A program made the translations under genes and the position numbers. From Acidimicrobiia bacterium (GTDB lineage Bacteria > Actinomycetota > Acidimicrobiia > Spongiisociales > ZC4RG35), in contig DATHVR010000073.1 in assembly GCA_035461175.1 (NCBI GenBank), forward strand, positions 9,871 to 73,870: DNA of 64,000 nt, in the 5' to 3' direction. Under the pieces are notes generated by a model that saw only the letters and a list, made by a program, of their open reading frames with translations, searched no databases and was not told where the DNA came from. This document shows positions 45,651-57,272 of the stretch, in pieces. Position 1 is the stretch's first letter, and each line of letters opens with the position of its first letter.

Positions 45651-47070
45651 GGCGTTCTACCAGGTCGTAGGCGGCTCGGTCGCGGCCGTCGGGGAAGGGG
45701 TCGGGAGCCAGGAGGCCGAGCAGGCGCTCCTGGGTTCGAACCGAGACCTCGACGTGACCGCCCCATTTCGCCAGCTGCTCGGTGGTCGGCAAACGGCAAC
45801 AGGTGGGATCGGGACAGGTCGACTTCGCTCTCCGCTCGGTATGGCGGTCCCGAAACCACTGGGCAGAGTCGAAGGGGACCCCGACCGTGACGGAAAAGGG
45901 GCGATCCGGTTCCATGTGGGTGACACAGAAGAAGGTCCCTTGCGGGGTGTCGGTGTACTGGGCGTGGACATCGAATTTGTCGACCGAATCGAATACTGCC
46001 AGGGCGCCCCAGTGGCGGCACACCGGCTGGGCCTCCACCCCGCCGAAGGCGTCGGTGTTCAACGGCACTCCGTCATTGGCATAGCCCTTCACGACCAGGC
46101 CATCCTCACCCACCACCATCAGGTGGGTGCGCAGGTCGAGTCGCTCGGTCGCCAGGTTCACGAACCTCCATGCCGCCATCTCGTAGCTGACGTAGAAGTT
46201 CTCCTTGATGTCCTCGATCGAAATATCCCGTCCCTCCATGGCCGAACGGAGTCGCCGCACGGCCGCCCTTTCGGGCACGAGGATGGCCCCGGCCAGGTAG
46301 GCGGTCTCCACCCGCTGGCGGAGGAACTCGCCCAGGTCGGCCGGCTCGGCATGGCCGAGCAGGCGACGGGCCAGGGTCTGGAGGATGGCCTTGCGGGCCT
46401 GGCGTGTGCGGAGTTCGTTGCGCTGGGCGATGTAGAGGCGGCCGGTGAGATCGTCGGACACCGAGCGGACACCGGGGATCATGTCTTCCACCGCCTCGAT
46501 CTGAAACCCGAGGTGGGCGGCGATGTCGAGCAGTGTGCGCGACGAGCGGGGCCCTTCGCCCACGTGACCGACCTTCTCGAGCACGCCGTTGGCGACTGCC
46601 TCGACATCCGAGAGGTAGCCGTTCTGGCCCCATAGCCAAACGCCGGCGGCGGCGTTGGCCTGACGGATTCCATCCCGGCCGCTCCCTGTGGGGTCGGGGC
46701 GGGCGTCGAGGGCGCGGTAAAGCCCCACCAGGTGCTGGAGCAGCTCGTCGGAGAGACTGGGGGAGGGGCGGACGTAGGGAAGCTCCAGACGGTCGAAGCG
46801 GGGATCCGACTGGGCCCGCTCGAGTTCGATCTCCAGTTCGGCCCGAGCACTGGGAGGCTCATCAGACAGCAGATCGGTCTCGGCCACCTGCAGGGCACGG
46901 GCGAGATCGCGGACGTGACTCGCCTTCGGCTCCCGCCTCCCGTTCTCGAGCATCGACAGGTAGGGAGCCGGCCGGTCCACCATCTCACCCAATTGCTGGA
47001 GGGTGAGATGGGATCGCTTGCGGTAGTGGCGCAAACGGCGCCCGAAGGTGAGAGGGTCGATCCCGGTCAT
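45640..47070 (-). CDS. ramB: RamB-type transcriptional regulator (XRE HTH, ImmA/DUF955-like metallopeptidase fold and DUF2083; short-chain fatty acyl-CoA regulator family).
   Basis: HTH …LTLQQLGEMVDRPAPYLSMLENGRR…; 476 aa; divergent from aceB-aceA as for ramB/icl in Corynebacterium and Mycobacterium. Confidence 0.75.
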   Translation of the reverse strand: MTGIDPLTFGRRLRHYRKRSHLTLQQLGEMVDRPAPYLSMLENGRREPKASHVRDLARALQVAETDLLSDEPPSARAELEIELERAQSDPRFDRLELPYVRPSPSLSDELLQHLVGLYRALDARPDPTGSGRDGIRQANAAAGVWLWGQNGYLSDVEAVANGVLEKVGHVGEGPRSSRTLLDIAAHLGFQIEAVEDMIPGVRSVSDDLTGRLYIAQRNELRTRQARKAILQTLARRLLGHAEPADLGEFLRQRVETAYLAGAILVPERAAVRRLRSAMEGRDISIEDIKENFYVSYEMAAWRFVNLATERLDLRTHLMVVGEDGLVVKGYANDGVPLNTDAFGGVEAQPVCRHWGALAVFDSVDKFDVHAQYTDTPQGTFFCVTHMEPDRPFSVTVGVPFDSAQWFRDRHTERRAKSTCPDPTCCRLPTTEQLAKWGGHVEVSVRTQERLLGLLAPDPFPDGRDRAAYDLVERHAE

Positions 47071-47174
47071 GCCGTTATGTTAACATCGCCACAACTTTCT
47101 TGAACATGCATTTGGATTAGGGTTGGACCTGTAAGACAATGGATACTTAACAGGAAGGGACCCCGAGCGCACCC

Positions 47175-48755
47175 ATGAGCCACGAGATCGCACCCACCAC
47201 CACACCCGAACACAGCCTCCTCCTCACCTCCGAGGCGGTGGCCTTCGTCGAGGATCTCCACGAGGCCTTCGACGAGCGCCGCCACCAGTTGCTCGCCCTT
47301 CGTCAGGAGCGCCAGTCCCAGATCCAGAGCGGCTTGCTGCCCGACTTCCTCCCCGAGACGGCCCACATCCGCCAGGACGAGTGGCAGGTGGCCGAGGCAC
47401 CCGCCGATCTGGCCGACCGCCGGGTCGAGATCACCGGACCGGTTGATCGCAAGATGATGATCAACGCCCTGAACTCGGGGGCGCGGGTGTTCATGGCCGA
47501 CTTCGAAGATGCCAATTCGCCCACCTGGAGCAACCTCCTCGAAGGCCAGGCCAACCTCATCGAGGCATATCGACGGACACTGGCGCTCGACACCGACGAG
47601 AAGTCCTACCGCCTGAATGACGAGGTGGCGACGCTGGTGATCCGTCCCCGCGGCTTCCACCTTCCCGAGAAGCACCTCACGATCAACGGTCGGCCCGCTT
47701 CCGCTTCGCTCTTCGATTTCGGCCTGTACATGTTCTGGGGCGGCCGGGAGGCGATCGCGGCCGGCACCGGGCCCTACTTCTATCTTCCCAAGCTCGAGAG
47801 CCACCTCGAGGCCCGGCTCTGGAACGACGTCTTCGTCTACGCCCAGCACCGGCTCGGGATCCCGGAGGGAACGATCCGGGCCACCGTGTTGATCGAGACC
47901 CTTCCGGCTGCCTTCGAGATGGACGAGATCCTCTTCGAGTTGCGCCAGCACTCCTCGGGGCTCAACGCCGGACGCTGGGACTACATCTTCTCGGTCATCA
48001 AGAAGCTGCGCGATCGTCCCGACCGCATCCTCCCCGACCGGGCCCAGGTGACGATGACCACTCCGTTCATGCACGCCTACACCGAGTTGCAGGTGGCCAC
48101 CTGCCACCGGCGCGGCGCCCACGCCATCGGGGGTATGGCCGCCTTCATCCCCAACCGCCGGGACCCCGAAGTGACCGAGCAGGCTCTGGCCAAGGTGGCG
48201 GCCGACAAGCGCCGGGAGGCCGAACAGGGCTGCGACGGGACCTGGGTGGCGCATCCCGACCTCGTGCCGGTGGCCCAGGCCGAGTTCGACCGGGTCCTGG
48301 GCGACGCCCCCAACCAGCTCGAACGACAGCGGACCGACGTCGAGGTGGATGCCGCCAACCTTCTCGACACTCATGTCGTCGACGGAAAGATCACCGAAGA
48401 GGGGATCCGCACCAACGTCTCGGTCGGAATCCGCTACCTGGCCGCCTGGCTGACCGGGACCGGCGCCGCCGCCATCGACAACCTGATGGAAGACGCCGCC
48501 ACCGCCGAGATCTCGCGCAGTCAGCTCTGGCAGTGGGTCCGTCACGGCGCCCGCACCGACGACGACCGAGTGATCGACGCCGACCGCGTCCGCCGGATAG
48601 CCGACGATGTAATGGCCGAGATCGAGGAGGTAGTCGGATCCGACGGGATGGCATCCGGCCGCTACCACGAGGCTCGCATCCTGTTCGAGCAGGTGGCGCT
48701 GTCGCCAGACTTCATCGACTTCCTGACCCTTCCCGCTTACGAACTGATCGACTGA
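47175..48755 (+). CDS. aceB: Malate synthase A.
   Basis: 526 aa with MSA family motifs (…[18 protein letters not shown]…[19 protein letters not shown]…). Confidence 0.9.
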   Translation: MSHEIAPTTTPEHSLLLTSEAVAFVEDLHEAFDERRHQLLALRQERQSQIQSGLLPDFLPETAHIRQDEWQVAEAPADLADRRVEITGPVDRKMMINALNSGARVFMADFEDANSPTWSNLLEGQANLIEAYRRTLALDTDEKSYRLNDEVATLVIRPRGFHLPEKHLTINGRPASASLFDFGLYMFWGGREAIAAGTGPYFYLPKLESHLEARLWNDVFVYAQHRLGIPEGTIRATVLIETLPAAFEMDEILFELRQHSSGLNAGRWDYIFSVIKKLRDRPDRILPDRAQVTMTTPFMHAYTELQVATCHRRGAHAIGGMAAFIPNRRDPEVTEQALAKVAADKRREAEQGCDGTWVAHPDLVPVAQAEFDRVLGDAPNQLERQRTDVEVDAANLLDTHVVDGKITEEGIRTNVSVGIRYLAAWLTGTGAAAIDNLMEDAATAEISRSQLWQWVRHGARTDDDRVIDADRVRRIADDVMAEIEEVVGSDGMASGRYHEARILFEQVALSPDFIDFLTLPAYELID

Positions 48756-48765
48756 GAGGACAACC

Positions 48766-50043
<1,278 letters not shown>

Positions 50044-50118
50044 CACGGGCGGCGGTTTTCGTTCCGCGACGATCGGGTACCGTTGGCGTCACCAGAGCGG
50101 AGCAACTCAGGAGTATCA

Positions 50119-51177
50119 ATGTCCAAGATCGTCCACGTCGTCGGCACCGGGACCATCGGTGAGCCGCTGATCGGCATGCTCGCCGATCACCGCGAGCACT
50201 TCGGCATCGACGAGGTCACCTTCCACAAGCGGACCCCGCTCGTCACGGAGCGCTCGAAGGTCAGCGACCTTGTGCGAAGGGGGGCGGCGCTGACGGTGGA
50301 CGCCGACCGTCTCGCCACCTTCGAAGAGCTCGGGCACAGCCCCAAGTACGAGACGATGGAGGCACTGGAGCGGGCCACGGTGGTGATCGACTGCACTCCG
50401 GTCGGCAATGAGAACAAAGAAGAGTTCTACGACCAGCTGCGCGGTCCCCGCGGCTTCATGGCCCAGGGCTCGGAGTTCGGTTTCGGAAAGATGTATGCCC
50501 GCGGCATCAACGACGAGGCCCTGCATCGTGAGAGCGACCGCTTCCTCCAGATCGTGTCGTGCAATACCCACAACATCTCGGTCCTGATCAAGACCCTGGG
50601 CATGGATCCCGACGGGACCAACCACCTCGTCGACGGGCGTTTTCTATGTGTGCGCCGGGCCAACGACATCTCCCAGGACACCGGGTTCGTTGCCTCGCCG
50701 ACGGTGGACAAGCACCACGACGAGCGATTCGGGACCCACCACTCCCGGGATGCCAACGCCCTGTTCGCCACCCTCGGCTACGACCTCAACCTGTTCTCCT
50801 CGGCCATCAAGCTCAACACCCAGTACATGCACTCGATCCACTTCTCGCTGACCCTCGACGAGGAGATGACGCTCGACGAGGTCAAGGAGAGGTTGCTGAG
50901 CAACACCCGGGTGGCCGTCACCCACAAGATCTCGGCCAACTCGGTCTTTTCGTTCGGACGCGACCACGGCTACTACGGCCGGATCCTCTCCCAAACGGTG
51001 GTGTCGTTGGACACCCTGGCCGTCCGCAACGGCAACGAGGTCGTCGGGTTCTGTTTCACCCCCCAGGACGGGAACCCACTGCTGTCGACGGTGGCGGCGA
51101 TGCTCTGGTACCTGGACCCGTCTACGGTCGACGACCGGATCGACATCCTCCGCCGCTACCTCTTCCGAGAGGTCTGA
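50119..51177 (+). CDS. Archaeal-type (type II) glyceraldehyde-3-phosphate dehydrogenase-like NAD(P)-dependent aldehyde dehydrogenase. The ORF extends to 50083.
   Basis: Rossmann N-terminus KIVHVVGTGTIGEP…, …VVIDCTPVGNENKEEFY…, and catalytic-Cys motif …LQIVSCNTHNISVLIKTL… (compare archaeal GAPDH VVSCNTTGL). An AGGAG SD precedes the ATG at 50119. Confidence 0.6.
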   Translation: MSKIVHVVGTGTIGEPLIGMLADHREHFGIDEVTFHKRTPLVTERSKVSDLVRRGAALTVDADRLATFEELGHSPKYETMEALERATVVIDCTPVGNENKEEFYDQLRGPRGFMAQGSEFGFGKMYARGINDEALHRESDRFLQIVSCNTHNISVLIKTLGMDPDGTNHLVDGRFLCVRRANDISQDTGFVASPTVDKHHDERFGTHHSRDANALFATLGYDLNLFSSAIKLNTQYMHSIHFSLTLDEEMTLDEVKERLLSNTRVAVTHKISANSVFSFGRDHGYYGRILSQTVVSLDTLAVRNGNEVVGFCFTPQDGNPLLSTVAAMLWYLDPSTVDDRIDILRRYLFREV

Positions 51178-51213
51178 TCCGGCGGATCGGAAGGTCCCTA
51201 GCCTCGTCACCGT

Positions 51214-51462
51214 ATGAAAGACCCCATCCTCTCCCTGGTGGAGGAGGCGATCATGGCCCTCGGGCGCGGTGACGTCGGCGGCGCTCGCTCCGCCATGGCG
51301 GTGGCGGTCGCCCAGGACCGCTCGCTGGAGGCGGTGGCCGACGCCATCGCCTTCGCCACCGCCGAGTTCGAGACGGACGGTCAGGTGTCCCCGAGTGCCT
51401 GGAATGCCCTCACCGATGCCTGCCCGGCCGAGCTACGCGGCGTCGTCGAAGCCTGGCGCTGA
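51214..51462 (+). CDS. Hypothetical small protein (82 aa).
   Basis: ORF with genome-typical codon usage; tightly linked (2-nt gap) to the following PHP gene. Confidence 0.35.
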   Translation: MKDPILSLVEEAIMALGRGDVGGARSAMAVAVAQDRSLEAVADAIAFATAEFETDGQVSPSAWNALTDACPAELRGVVEAWR

Positions 51463-51464
51463 CC

Positions 51465-52349
51465 ATGTCCGACTACCACCTGCATCTGCATTCCCATGTT
51501 GGCCCCGGTGAGCCCGAAGGCCCTCCCCAGGGCGTGTACCCGCCGGGACTGATCGAGGCCTACGTGGAAGCGGCCGCACGCCGGGGGGTGGGCGAACTCG
51601 GATTCACGGAACACCTCTACCGATGCCGAGAGGCCGAGACCGTTCTGGGCCGCTTCTGGGAAGGTGAGGCCACGCCTACCGACCTGGCCTCTCTCTCGGC
51701 CGAGATGGTGGCGGCCGACCGCACCCTTTCGCTCGACGCCTACGTGGCAGCGGTGACGAACGCCAAACAGGCGGGCCTGCCCGTTCGCCTCGGCCTGGAG
51801 GTCGACTTCTTCCCCGAGACGATCGAAGCGGTGGCCGAAATGATCGCCCCCTACCCATGGGACTATCTGATCGGTTCCGTGCACTGGATCGGAGGGTGGG
51901 CGATCGATGCCTCCCACTCCGAGCACGAATTCCGACGGCGGGGCGTGGCGAAGGCGTGGGAGCAGTACTTCGAGCTCGAGACCCGCCTCGCTGCCTCCGG
52001 TGTGGTGGATGTTCTCGCGCACGTCGACGTGATCAAGAAGTACGGCCACCGCCCCACGATCGACGCGTCGCCCTGGTACGACGCCGTCGTCGAGGCGGCA
52101 GCAACGTCCGGAACCGCGGTGGAGGTGTCAAGCCAGGGGCTGCGCTACCCCGCCGCCGAGGTCTACCCCGCCCCCGAGTTCCTGGCCCGTTTCCAGGCGG
52201 CCGGGGTTCCGATCACGTTCGCCAGCGACGCCCATCGGGCCGAGGACGCCGGTCACGGGCACCGGGAGGTGGTGGCTGCTGCCCGGGCAGCGGGCTACTC
52301 CACCCGGCTCCGGTTCGACTCTCGCCGTCGAGAAGCGGTCGACCTTTGA
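51465..52349 (+). CDS. PHP-domain phosphoesterase, histidinol-phosphatase HisJ/HisK-like family.
   Basis: MSDYHLHLHSHVG… N-terminal PHP motif; …GFTEHL…; …SDAHRAEDAGHG… C-terminal metal ligands. Confidence 0.6.
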   Translation: MSDYHLHLHSHVGPGEPEGPPQGVYPPGLIEAYVEAAARRGVGELGFTEHLYRCREAETVLGRFWEGEATPTDLASLSAEMVAADRTLSLDAYVAAVTNAKQAGLPVRLGLEVDFFPETIEAVAEMIAPYPWDYLIGSVHWIGGWAIDASHSEHEFRRRGVAKAWEQYFELETRLAASGVVDVLAHVDVIKKYGHRPTIDASPWYDAVVEAAATSGTAVEVSSQGLRYPAAEVYPAPEFLARFQAAGVPITFASDAHRAEDAGHGHREVVAAARAAGYSTRLRFDSRRREAVDL

Positions 52350-52389
52350 ACCGAAACGTGTCCTTTCGCGGACCTTTTACCATCACACT

Positions 52390-52902
52390 GTGAGCATCCA
52401 CTCCGAACACCCCTTCTCGGTCCCCGTCGACCAGCGTGACCCGGTGCGGCGCCTGCGGGGACGGCTGGCGGCGCCGGTAACGGTGTTGACGGCCGGGACC
52501 GCCTCCCCGACCGGGCTGACGGCGTCTTCGGTGCTGGTTGTCGAGGGCCAACCGCCCCTGATGCTGGCACTGGTGGGGATGGGGTCCGACTTCCTCGATG
52601 CCACCACCGAATCCGGGACCTTCGTGGCACATGTGCTCGACGGCGCCGCCGGGCCCCTGGCCGACGTGTTCGCCGGGCTCCGCCCTGCTCCGGGAGGAAT
52701 GTTCGCCGACCACGAAACCGAAGAGACCGACTGGGGGCCCCGTCTGGTGGCCGTAGCCGACTGGGCGGGCTGCCGCCTCGAGGAGACCCGTCCCGTGGGC
52801 GACCAGGCGCTGGTGATGGGAAGCATCCAGCATCTCGAGGTGAGCGAACTCACCGACCCGCTGGTCTATTTCCGGGGCAGCTATCGGCGGCTCCGCTCTT
52901 GA
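52390..52902 (+). CDS. Flavin reductase-like domain protein (second paralog in the window).
   Basis: …LAAPVTVLTAGTASPTGLTASSVLVVEGQPPLMLALVGMGSDFLD…. Confidence 0.5.
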   Translation: MSIHSEHPFSVPVDQRDPVRRLRGRLAAPVTVLTAGTASPTGLTASSVLVVEGQPPLMLALVGMGSDFLDATTESGTFVAHVLDGAAGPLADVFAGLRPAPGGMFADHETEETDWGPRLVAVADWAGCRLEETRPVGDQALVMGSIQHLEVSELTDPLVYFRGSYRRLRS

Positions 52903-54254
52903 GCCCCACCTACCACCTGACGACCCTGGGCTGTGCCAAGAACCAGGTCGACTCCGAGAAGCTCGACGCCATGCTGGCCGAGGCGGGGTACGTCCCTGCC
53001 GACGACCCAGAGCAGGCCGACGTGGTGATGGTCAACACCTGTGCCTTCATCGAGGATGCCCGGCGCGAGTCTGTCGAGACCATCCTCGAGGTCCAGGAGG
53101 CCCGCCGCCCCGGCGCCCGAACCGTGGTGGTCGGGTGCATGGCCCAGCGCTTCGGCGTCGACGTCGCCGCCGCCCTCCCCGAGGTCGACGCCGTGTTGGG
53201 AATCGACCGCTACGGCGAGCTGGTCCCCACCCTCGACCGCCTCACCGGGACGCAACCAGTCTCGATCCGGCGCCGCCCGGCAATGGACATCCTTCACGCC
53301 GTCGACCGTCCGGCTCCGTCTTTGCCCTATGCCTACGTCAAAGTGGCGGAGGGATGCGACAAGCCGTGCACCTTTTGTGCCATCCCGCTCATCCGGGGCA
53401 AACAGCGCTCCCGCCGCCCGATCGAGATCCGCACCGAGGTGGAGCGACTGGTGGATGGAGGCGTCAGCGAAGTCATTCTCGTGTCTCAAGATCTCGCCGC
53501 CTACGGGCGCGACCTCGGCCCGGCCGGGTCGGCTCCCAACTCTCCTCCGGCCACTCGTCGACCGGAACTGGTTTCGCTCCTCCACTCCCTCAGCGAGATT
53601 TCCGGCCTGGCTCGCCTCCGGCTCCTCTACCTGTACCCGCGTGAGATCCGTCCCGCCCTCATCACCGAGATGGCCGACAACCCCAAGGTTGCCTCCTATT
53701 TCGACCTCTCCCTCCAGCACTCCGAAACGCGCCTGTTGCGGGCGATGAAACGACCCGGCGGCCGCGACTCCTACCGCCGCCTGATCGAGGAGATCCGCAG
53801 TCGGGCGCCCGAGGCCGCCCTCAGATCGAGCTTCATCGTGGGGTTTCCGGGCGAAACCGACGATGACGTCGAAGATCTGGTTTCCTTCCTTGAAGAGGTG
53901 GAGCTGGACTGGGCCGGATTCTTCCCCTACTCGGCGGAGGCGGGGACGCCGGCCGCCGAACTGGCCGACCAGGTCCCGGCCGAGGAAGTGGGGGAGCGCC
54001 TCCGGCATCTCCAGTCCTGTCAGGATGCCATCACCGATGAGCAAAACCGGCTCCAGATCGGCCGCCGCACCACGGTGCTGGTCGACCAGATCGAAGATGG
54101 AACCCCGGTGGCACGCTCCTTCCGCCATGCCCCCGAGATCGACGGCGTCATCACCCTCGACGCCGGTCGGCCCGGGGAGTGGCGTGAGGTCGAGATCACC
54201 GCCGCCTTCGGCAGCGATCTCGAAGCCGACGTAGTTTCGGAGCGGGTTCCGTGA
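52899..54254 (+). CDS. rimO: Ribosomal protein S12 methylthiotransferase RimO (radical SAM MTTase).
   Basis: …YHLTTLGCAKNQVDSEKL…; radical-SAM CxxxCxxC (CTFCAIP); C-terminal TRAM domain. Confidence 0.8.
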   Translation: MSPTYHLTTLGCAKNQVDSEKLDAMLAEAGYVPADDPEQADVVMVNTCAFIEDARRESVETILEVQEARRPGARTVVVGCMAQRFGVDVAAALPEVDAVLGIDRYGELVPTLDRLTGTQPVSIRRRPAMDILHAVDRPAPSLPYAYVKVAEGCDKPCTFCAIPLIRGKQRSRRPIEIRTEVERLVDGGVSEVILVSQDLAAYGRDLGPAGSAPNSPPATRRPELVSLLHSLSEISGLARLRLLYLYPREIRPALITEMADNPKVASYFDLSLQHSETRLLRAMKRPGGRDSYRRLIEEIRSRAPEAALRSSFIVGFPGETDDDVEDLVSFLEEVELDWAGFFPYSAEAGTPAAELADQVPAEEVGERLRHLQSCQDAITDEQNRLQIGRRTTVLVDQIEDGTPVARSFRHAPEIDGVITLDAGRPGEWREVEITAAFGSDLEADVVSERVP

Positions 54255-55492
54255 TCGTCGAGGTGGTGGCAGTGGGCACCGAACTGCTGCTCGGCCAGAT
54301 CGTCAACGGCAACGCCGCCACCATCGGCGCCGCCCTCGCCGAGCACGGGTTCGACGCCAACTACCAGCAGGTGGTGGGAGACAACCTGGAACGCATGACT
54401 GATGCCCTCCGCACCGCCTTGGAGCGCTCCGATGCCGTGATCGTGACCGGCGGGATCGGACCGACCCAGGACGACCTCACCCGGGAGGCGATCTGTTCCG
54501 CCACCGGCGCACCCATGGCCCATTCGGCCGAGTACGAAGGACAGTTGCAGCGGCGGTGGGCCGTGTTGGGTCGGGAGATGCCGCCGTCGAACCTGCGCCA
54601 GGCCGACTATCCGGAGGGCGCCGAACTGCTCCCCAATCCCAAGGGGACCGCCCCGGGCCTGGCCATCCGGCACGGTGAGGCGCTCCTGTTCGCGCTCCCC
54701 GGTGTCCCCGAGGAGATGGAATTGCTTCTCTCCGACCACGTGATGCCCCGCCTGCATGCTGCCGCCGGAACTGCCACGGTCATCCGGAGCCGAATCCTCC
54801 GCACCTGGGGAAGACCCGAGTCTTGGATATCCGACCGGCTGGACGACCTGTACACCACCAGCACCAATCCGTCGGTGGCGTTTCTCGCCTCGGGCGGGGA
54901 GATCAAGGTTCGGCTGACCGCCAAAGCCGGCGACGTCGCCACGGCCGAGGCGATGATCGCTCCCCTCGAACATGACGTGCGCCGGCGTCTGGGGGGTTCG
55001 ATATTCGGCGTCGACACCGACACCATCGAGGCTGTGATCGCCCGGGAACTGCGCCGGCGTGGGTGGACGATCGGCACCGCCGAGTCGGTGACGGCGGGAA
55101 TGGTGGCGGGCCGGCTCACGGCTCTGCCCGGGTCCTCCGAATACTTTCGGGGCGGGATCGTCCCCTATGCAGCCGATCTGAAACAGACCCTGCTCGGAGT
55201 CGGCGACCTCTCCGAAGGTGTCGTCAGCGAGCCGACCGCGCTCGCGATGGCGGCGGCGGCCCGCACCCGGCTGGGCGTGGATGTGGCCGTCGCCCTGACC
55301 GGCTCGGCCGGTCCCGACCCCCTCGAGAAGCCGAGGGGCACGGTGGTGATCGCAGTGGCGACCCCCGAGAAGGCCTCGGCCCGCACCATCGCATTCGCCG
55401 GCGATCGGGAACGTGTCAGGACCTATGCGGTGACGGCGTCGCTCCAGTTGACCCGACTGGCCATCGTGGGGACATGGTGGAAGCCGAGCTGA
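54251..55492 (+). CDS. cinA: CinA-family competence/damage-inducible protein (NMN amidohydrolase PncC domain + MocF-like domain).
   Basis: MIVEVVAVGTELLLGQIVNGNAATIG…; C-terminal CinA domain …TAESVTAGMVAGRLT…GGIVPYA…. Confidence 0.85.
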   Translation: MIVEVVAVGTELLLGQIVNGNAATIGAALAEHGFDANYQQVVGDNLERMTDALRTALERSDAVIVTGGIGPTQDDLTREAICSATGAPMAHSAEYEGQLQRRWAVLGREMPPSNLRQADYPEGAELLPNPKGTAPGLAIRHGEALLFALPGVPEEMELLLSDHVMPRLHAAAGTATVIRSRILRTWGRPESWISDRLDDLYTTSTNPSVAFLASGGEIKVRLTAKAGDVATAEAMIAPLEHDVRRRLGGSIFGVDTDTIEAVIARELRRRGWTIGTAESVTAGMVAGRLTALPGSSEYFRGGIVPYAADLKQTLLGVGDLSEGVVSEPTALAMAAAARTRLGVDVAVALTGSAGPDPLEKPRGTVVIAVATPEKASARTIAFAGDRERVRTYAVTASLQLTRLAIVGTWWKPS

Positions 55493-56010
55493 CTCCAACC
55501 GGCAACGTCTTCGTCGCCGTCGTCCCACCGCCCGAGGTGGTGGCGGCCCTGTCGGATTGGCTGGAGGATCTGCCCATCCCCGGCCGCCGGGTCCCACCCC
55601 CTAACTTCCACATCACGCTCCGCTTCGTCGGCAAAGTCGACCCCGTCGCCTACGACCGACTCCTGGCAGCTCTGGCCACCCGCCGGTTGGTGGATCCATT
55701 CCGTGTCCATCTCAGCGGCCTGGGCTCATTCCCGAATCCGCGTCGGGCCACCGTGCTGTGGGTCGGGGTGGAGGCCGGACCGGGCCTGGGACATCTGGCT
55801 GAGATCGTCGAGGACGCCGCGGTGGCGGCCGGTTTCGAGCCCGAGGAGCGCCCCTTCGCCCCGCATCTCACGGTGTCGCGGGTCCGTCCCCCGGAGAACG
55901 TCACCTCCCTCCAAGCAGGGGAGCGGAGTCTGTCGTTCCCGGTGGAGGAGATCCACGTCATGGCCGCCTGGGGCAGTCGCTACCGGATGTATGAGACCTT
56001 TTCGCTCTGA
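55474..56010 (+). CDS. thpR: RNA 2',3'-cyclic phosphodiesterase (ThpR/LigT, 2H family).
   Basis: Two H-x-T/S-x motifs (HITLRF, HLTVSR); overlaps the cinA 3' end by 19 nt. Confidence 0.7.
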   Translation: MVEAELTPTGNVFVAVVPPPEVVAALSDWLEDLPIPGRRVPPPNFHITLRFVGKVDPVAYDRLLAALATRRLVDPFRVHLSGLGSFPNPRRATVLWVGVEAGPGLGHLAEIVEDAAVAAGFEPEERPFAPHLTVSRVRPPENVTSLQAGERSLSFPVEEIHVMAAWGSRYRMYETFSL

Positions 56011-56020
56011 GATGCTTGGA

Positions 56021-56035
56021 TCGAACATCTGTTCG
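56021..56035. promoter_or_regulatory. LexA (SOS) box TCGAACatctGTTCG upstream of recA.
   Basis: Matches TCGAAC-N4-GTTCG; ~180 nt upstream of the recA start. It is followed by a CA-rich leader with a (CCAGACAAC)x2 repeat. Confidence 0.75.
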
Positions 56036-56216
56036 CTGTAGGGTTTCTGTCGTACCGGTTCGGTAGCTTCCCAATCACTCGAGGAAGCCAACCCAGAGCC
56101 AGCCAGACAACCCAGCCAGACAACCAAACCAACATCAACACAGGCACCACGCCAACAGCCAGGCGACCAACAGGAAGCCCAGAGGGAGGACCGGCATGAG
56201 AGACAAGGAGAACAGG

Positions 56217-57272
56217 ATGGAACGCCAGAAGTCACTCGACATGGCCGTCTCCCAGATCGAGCGCCAGTACGGCAAGGGCGCGGTCATGAAGATGGGCGAT
56301 GCCGCCAACCGCAAGGTAGAGGTCATCTCCACCGGCGCCCTCTCCCTCGACCTCGCCCTCGGTGTGGGGGGAGTACCGCGCGGCCGGATCGTGGAGATCT
56401 ACGGCCCCGAGGCCTCCGGCAAGACCAGCCTCGCCCTCCACATCGTGGCCGAGGCCCAGCGCAACGGCGGGATCGCCGCCTTCGTCGATGCCGAGCACGC
56501 CCTCGACCCGGTCTACGCCCGCGCCATCGGGGTCGACGTCGACGAACTCCTCATCTCCCAGCCCGACACGGGCGAACAGGCCCTCGAGATCGCCGACATG
56601 CTGATCCGGTCCGGGGCGCTCGACGTCCTCGTCATCGACTCGGTGGCGGCGCTGGTCCCCCGCGCCGAGATCGAGGGCGAGATGGGCGACACCCACGTCG
56701 GGCTCCAGGCCCGCCTGATGTCCCAGGCGCTGCGCAAGCTGGCCGGCACCCTGAACAAGTCACGCACCACCGCCGTCTTCATCAACCAGTTGCGGGAGAA
56801 GATAGGAGTCATGTTCGGCTCACCCGAAACCACCCCCGGCGGGCGTGCCCTCAAGTTCTACTCGAGCGTGAGACTGGACGTGCGGCGGATCGAATCGATC
56901 AAGGACGGGGCCGACCAGGTCGGTAACCGGGTCCGGGTCAAGGTGGCCAAGAACAAGATGGCTCCCCCCTTCCGGCTGGCCGAGTTCGACATCATGTTCG
57001 GGGAGGGGATTTCCCGGGAGGGGAGCCTGCTCGACATCGCCGTCGACGAGGGCGTCGTCCGCAAGAGTGGCGCCTGGTACACCTACGACGACGACCAGCT
57101 CGGCCAGGGACGGGAGAATGCCAAGCGCTTCCTCCGCGAGAACCCCGAGTTGGCCATGCAACTCCAGGCCAAGGTCTATGAGGCAGTGGGTTTCGGCGGG
57201 GGCGCCGACAGTGCGGAAGAGACCGAGAACCCGGAGATCGAGACAGACGAGTCCGTGGAGGTCGACGACTGA
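56217..57272 (+). CDS. recA: Recombinase RecA. Start at the MERQKSLD… ATG with an AAGGAG SD; the ORF extends to 56196.
   Basis: Walker [14 protein letters not shown]1/L2 loops, …[29 protein letters not shown]…. Confidence 0.95.
   Translation: MERQKSLDMAVSQIERQYGKGAVMKMGDAANRKVEVISTGALSLDLALGVGGVPRGRIVEIYGPEASGKTSLALHIVAEAQRNGGIAAFVDAEHALDPVYARAIGVDVDELLISQPDTGEQALEIADMLIRSGALDVLVIDSVAALVPRAEIEGEMGDTHVGLQARLMSQALRKLAGTLNKSRTTAVFINQLREKIGVMFGSPETTPGGRALKFYSSVRLDVRRIESIKDGADQVGNRVRVKVAKNKMAPPFRLAEFDIMFGEGISREGSLLDIAVDEGVVRKSGAWYTYDDDQLGQGRENAKRFLRENPELAMQLQAKVYEAVGFGGGADSAEETENPEIETDESVEVDD

Noticed and set aside
52881-55597. Minus-strand ORFs 52881..54128 and 54020..55597 antisense to rimO and cinA
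   Set aside because: Antisense shadow frames; no domains; the opposite-strand genes have strong signatures.
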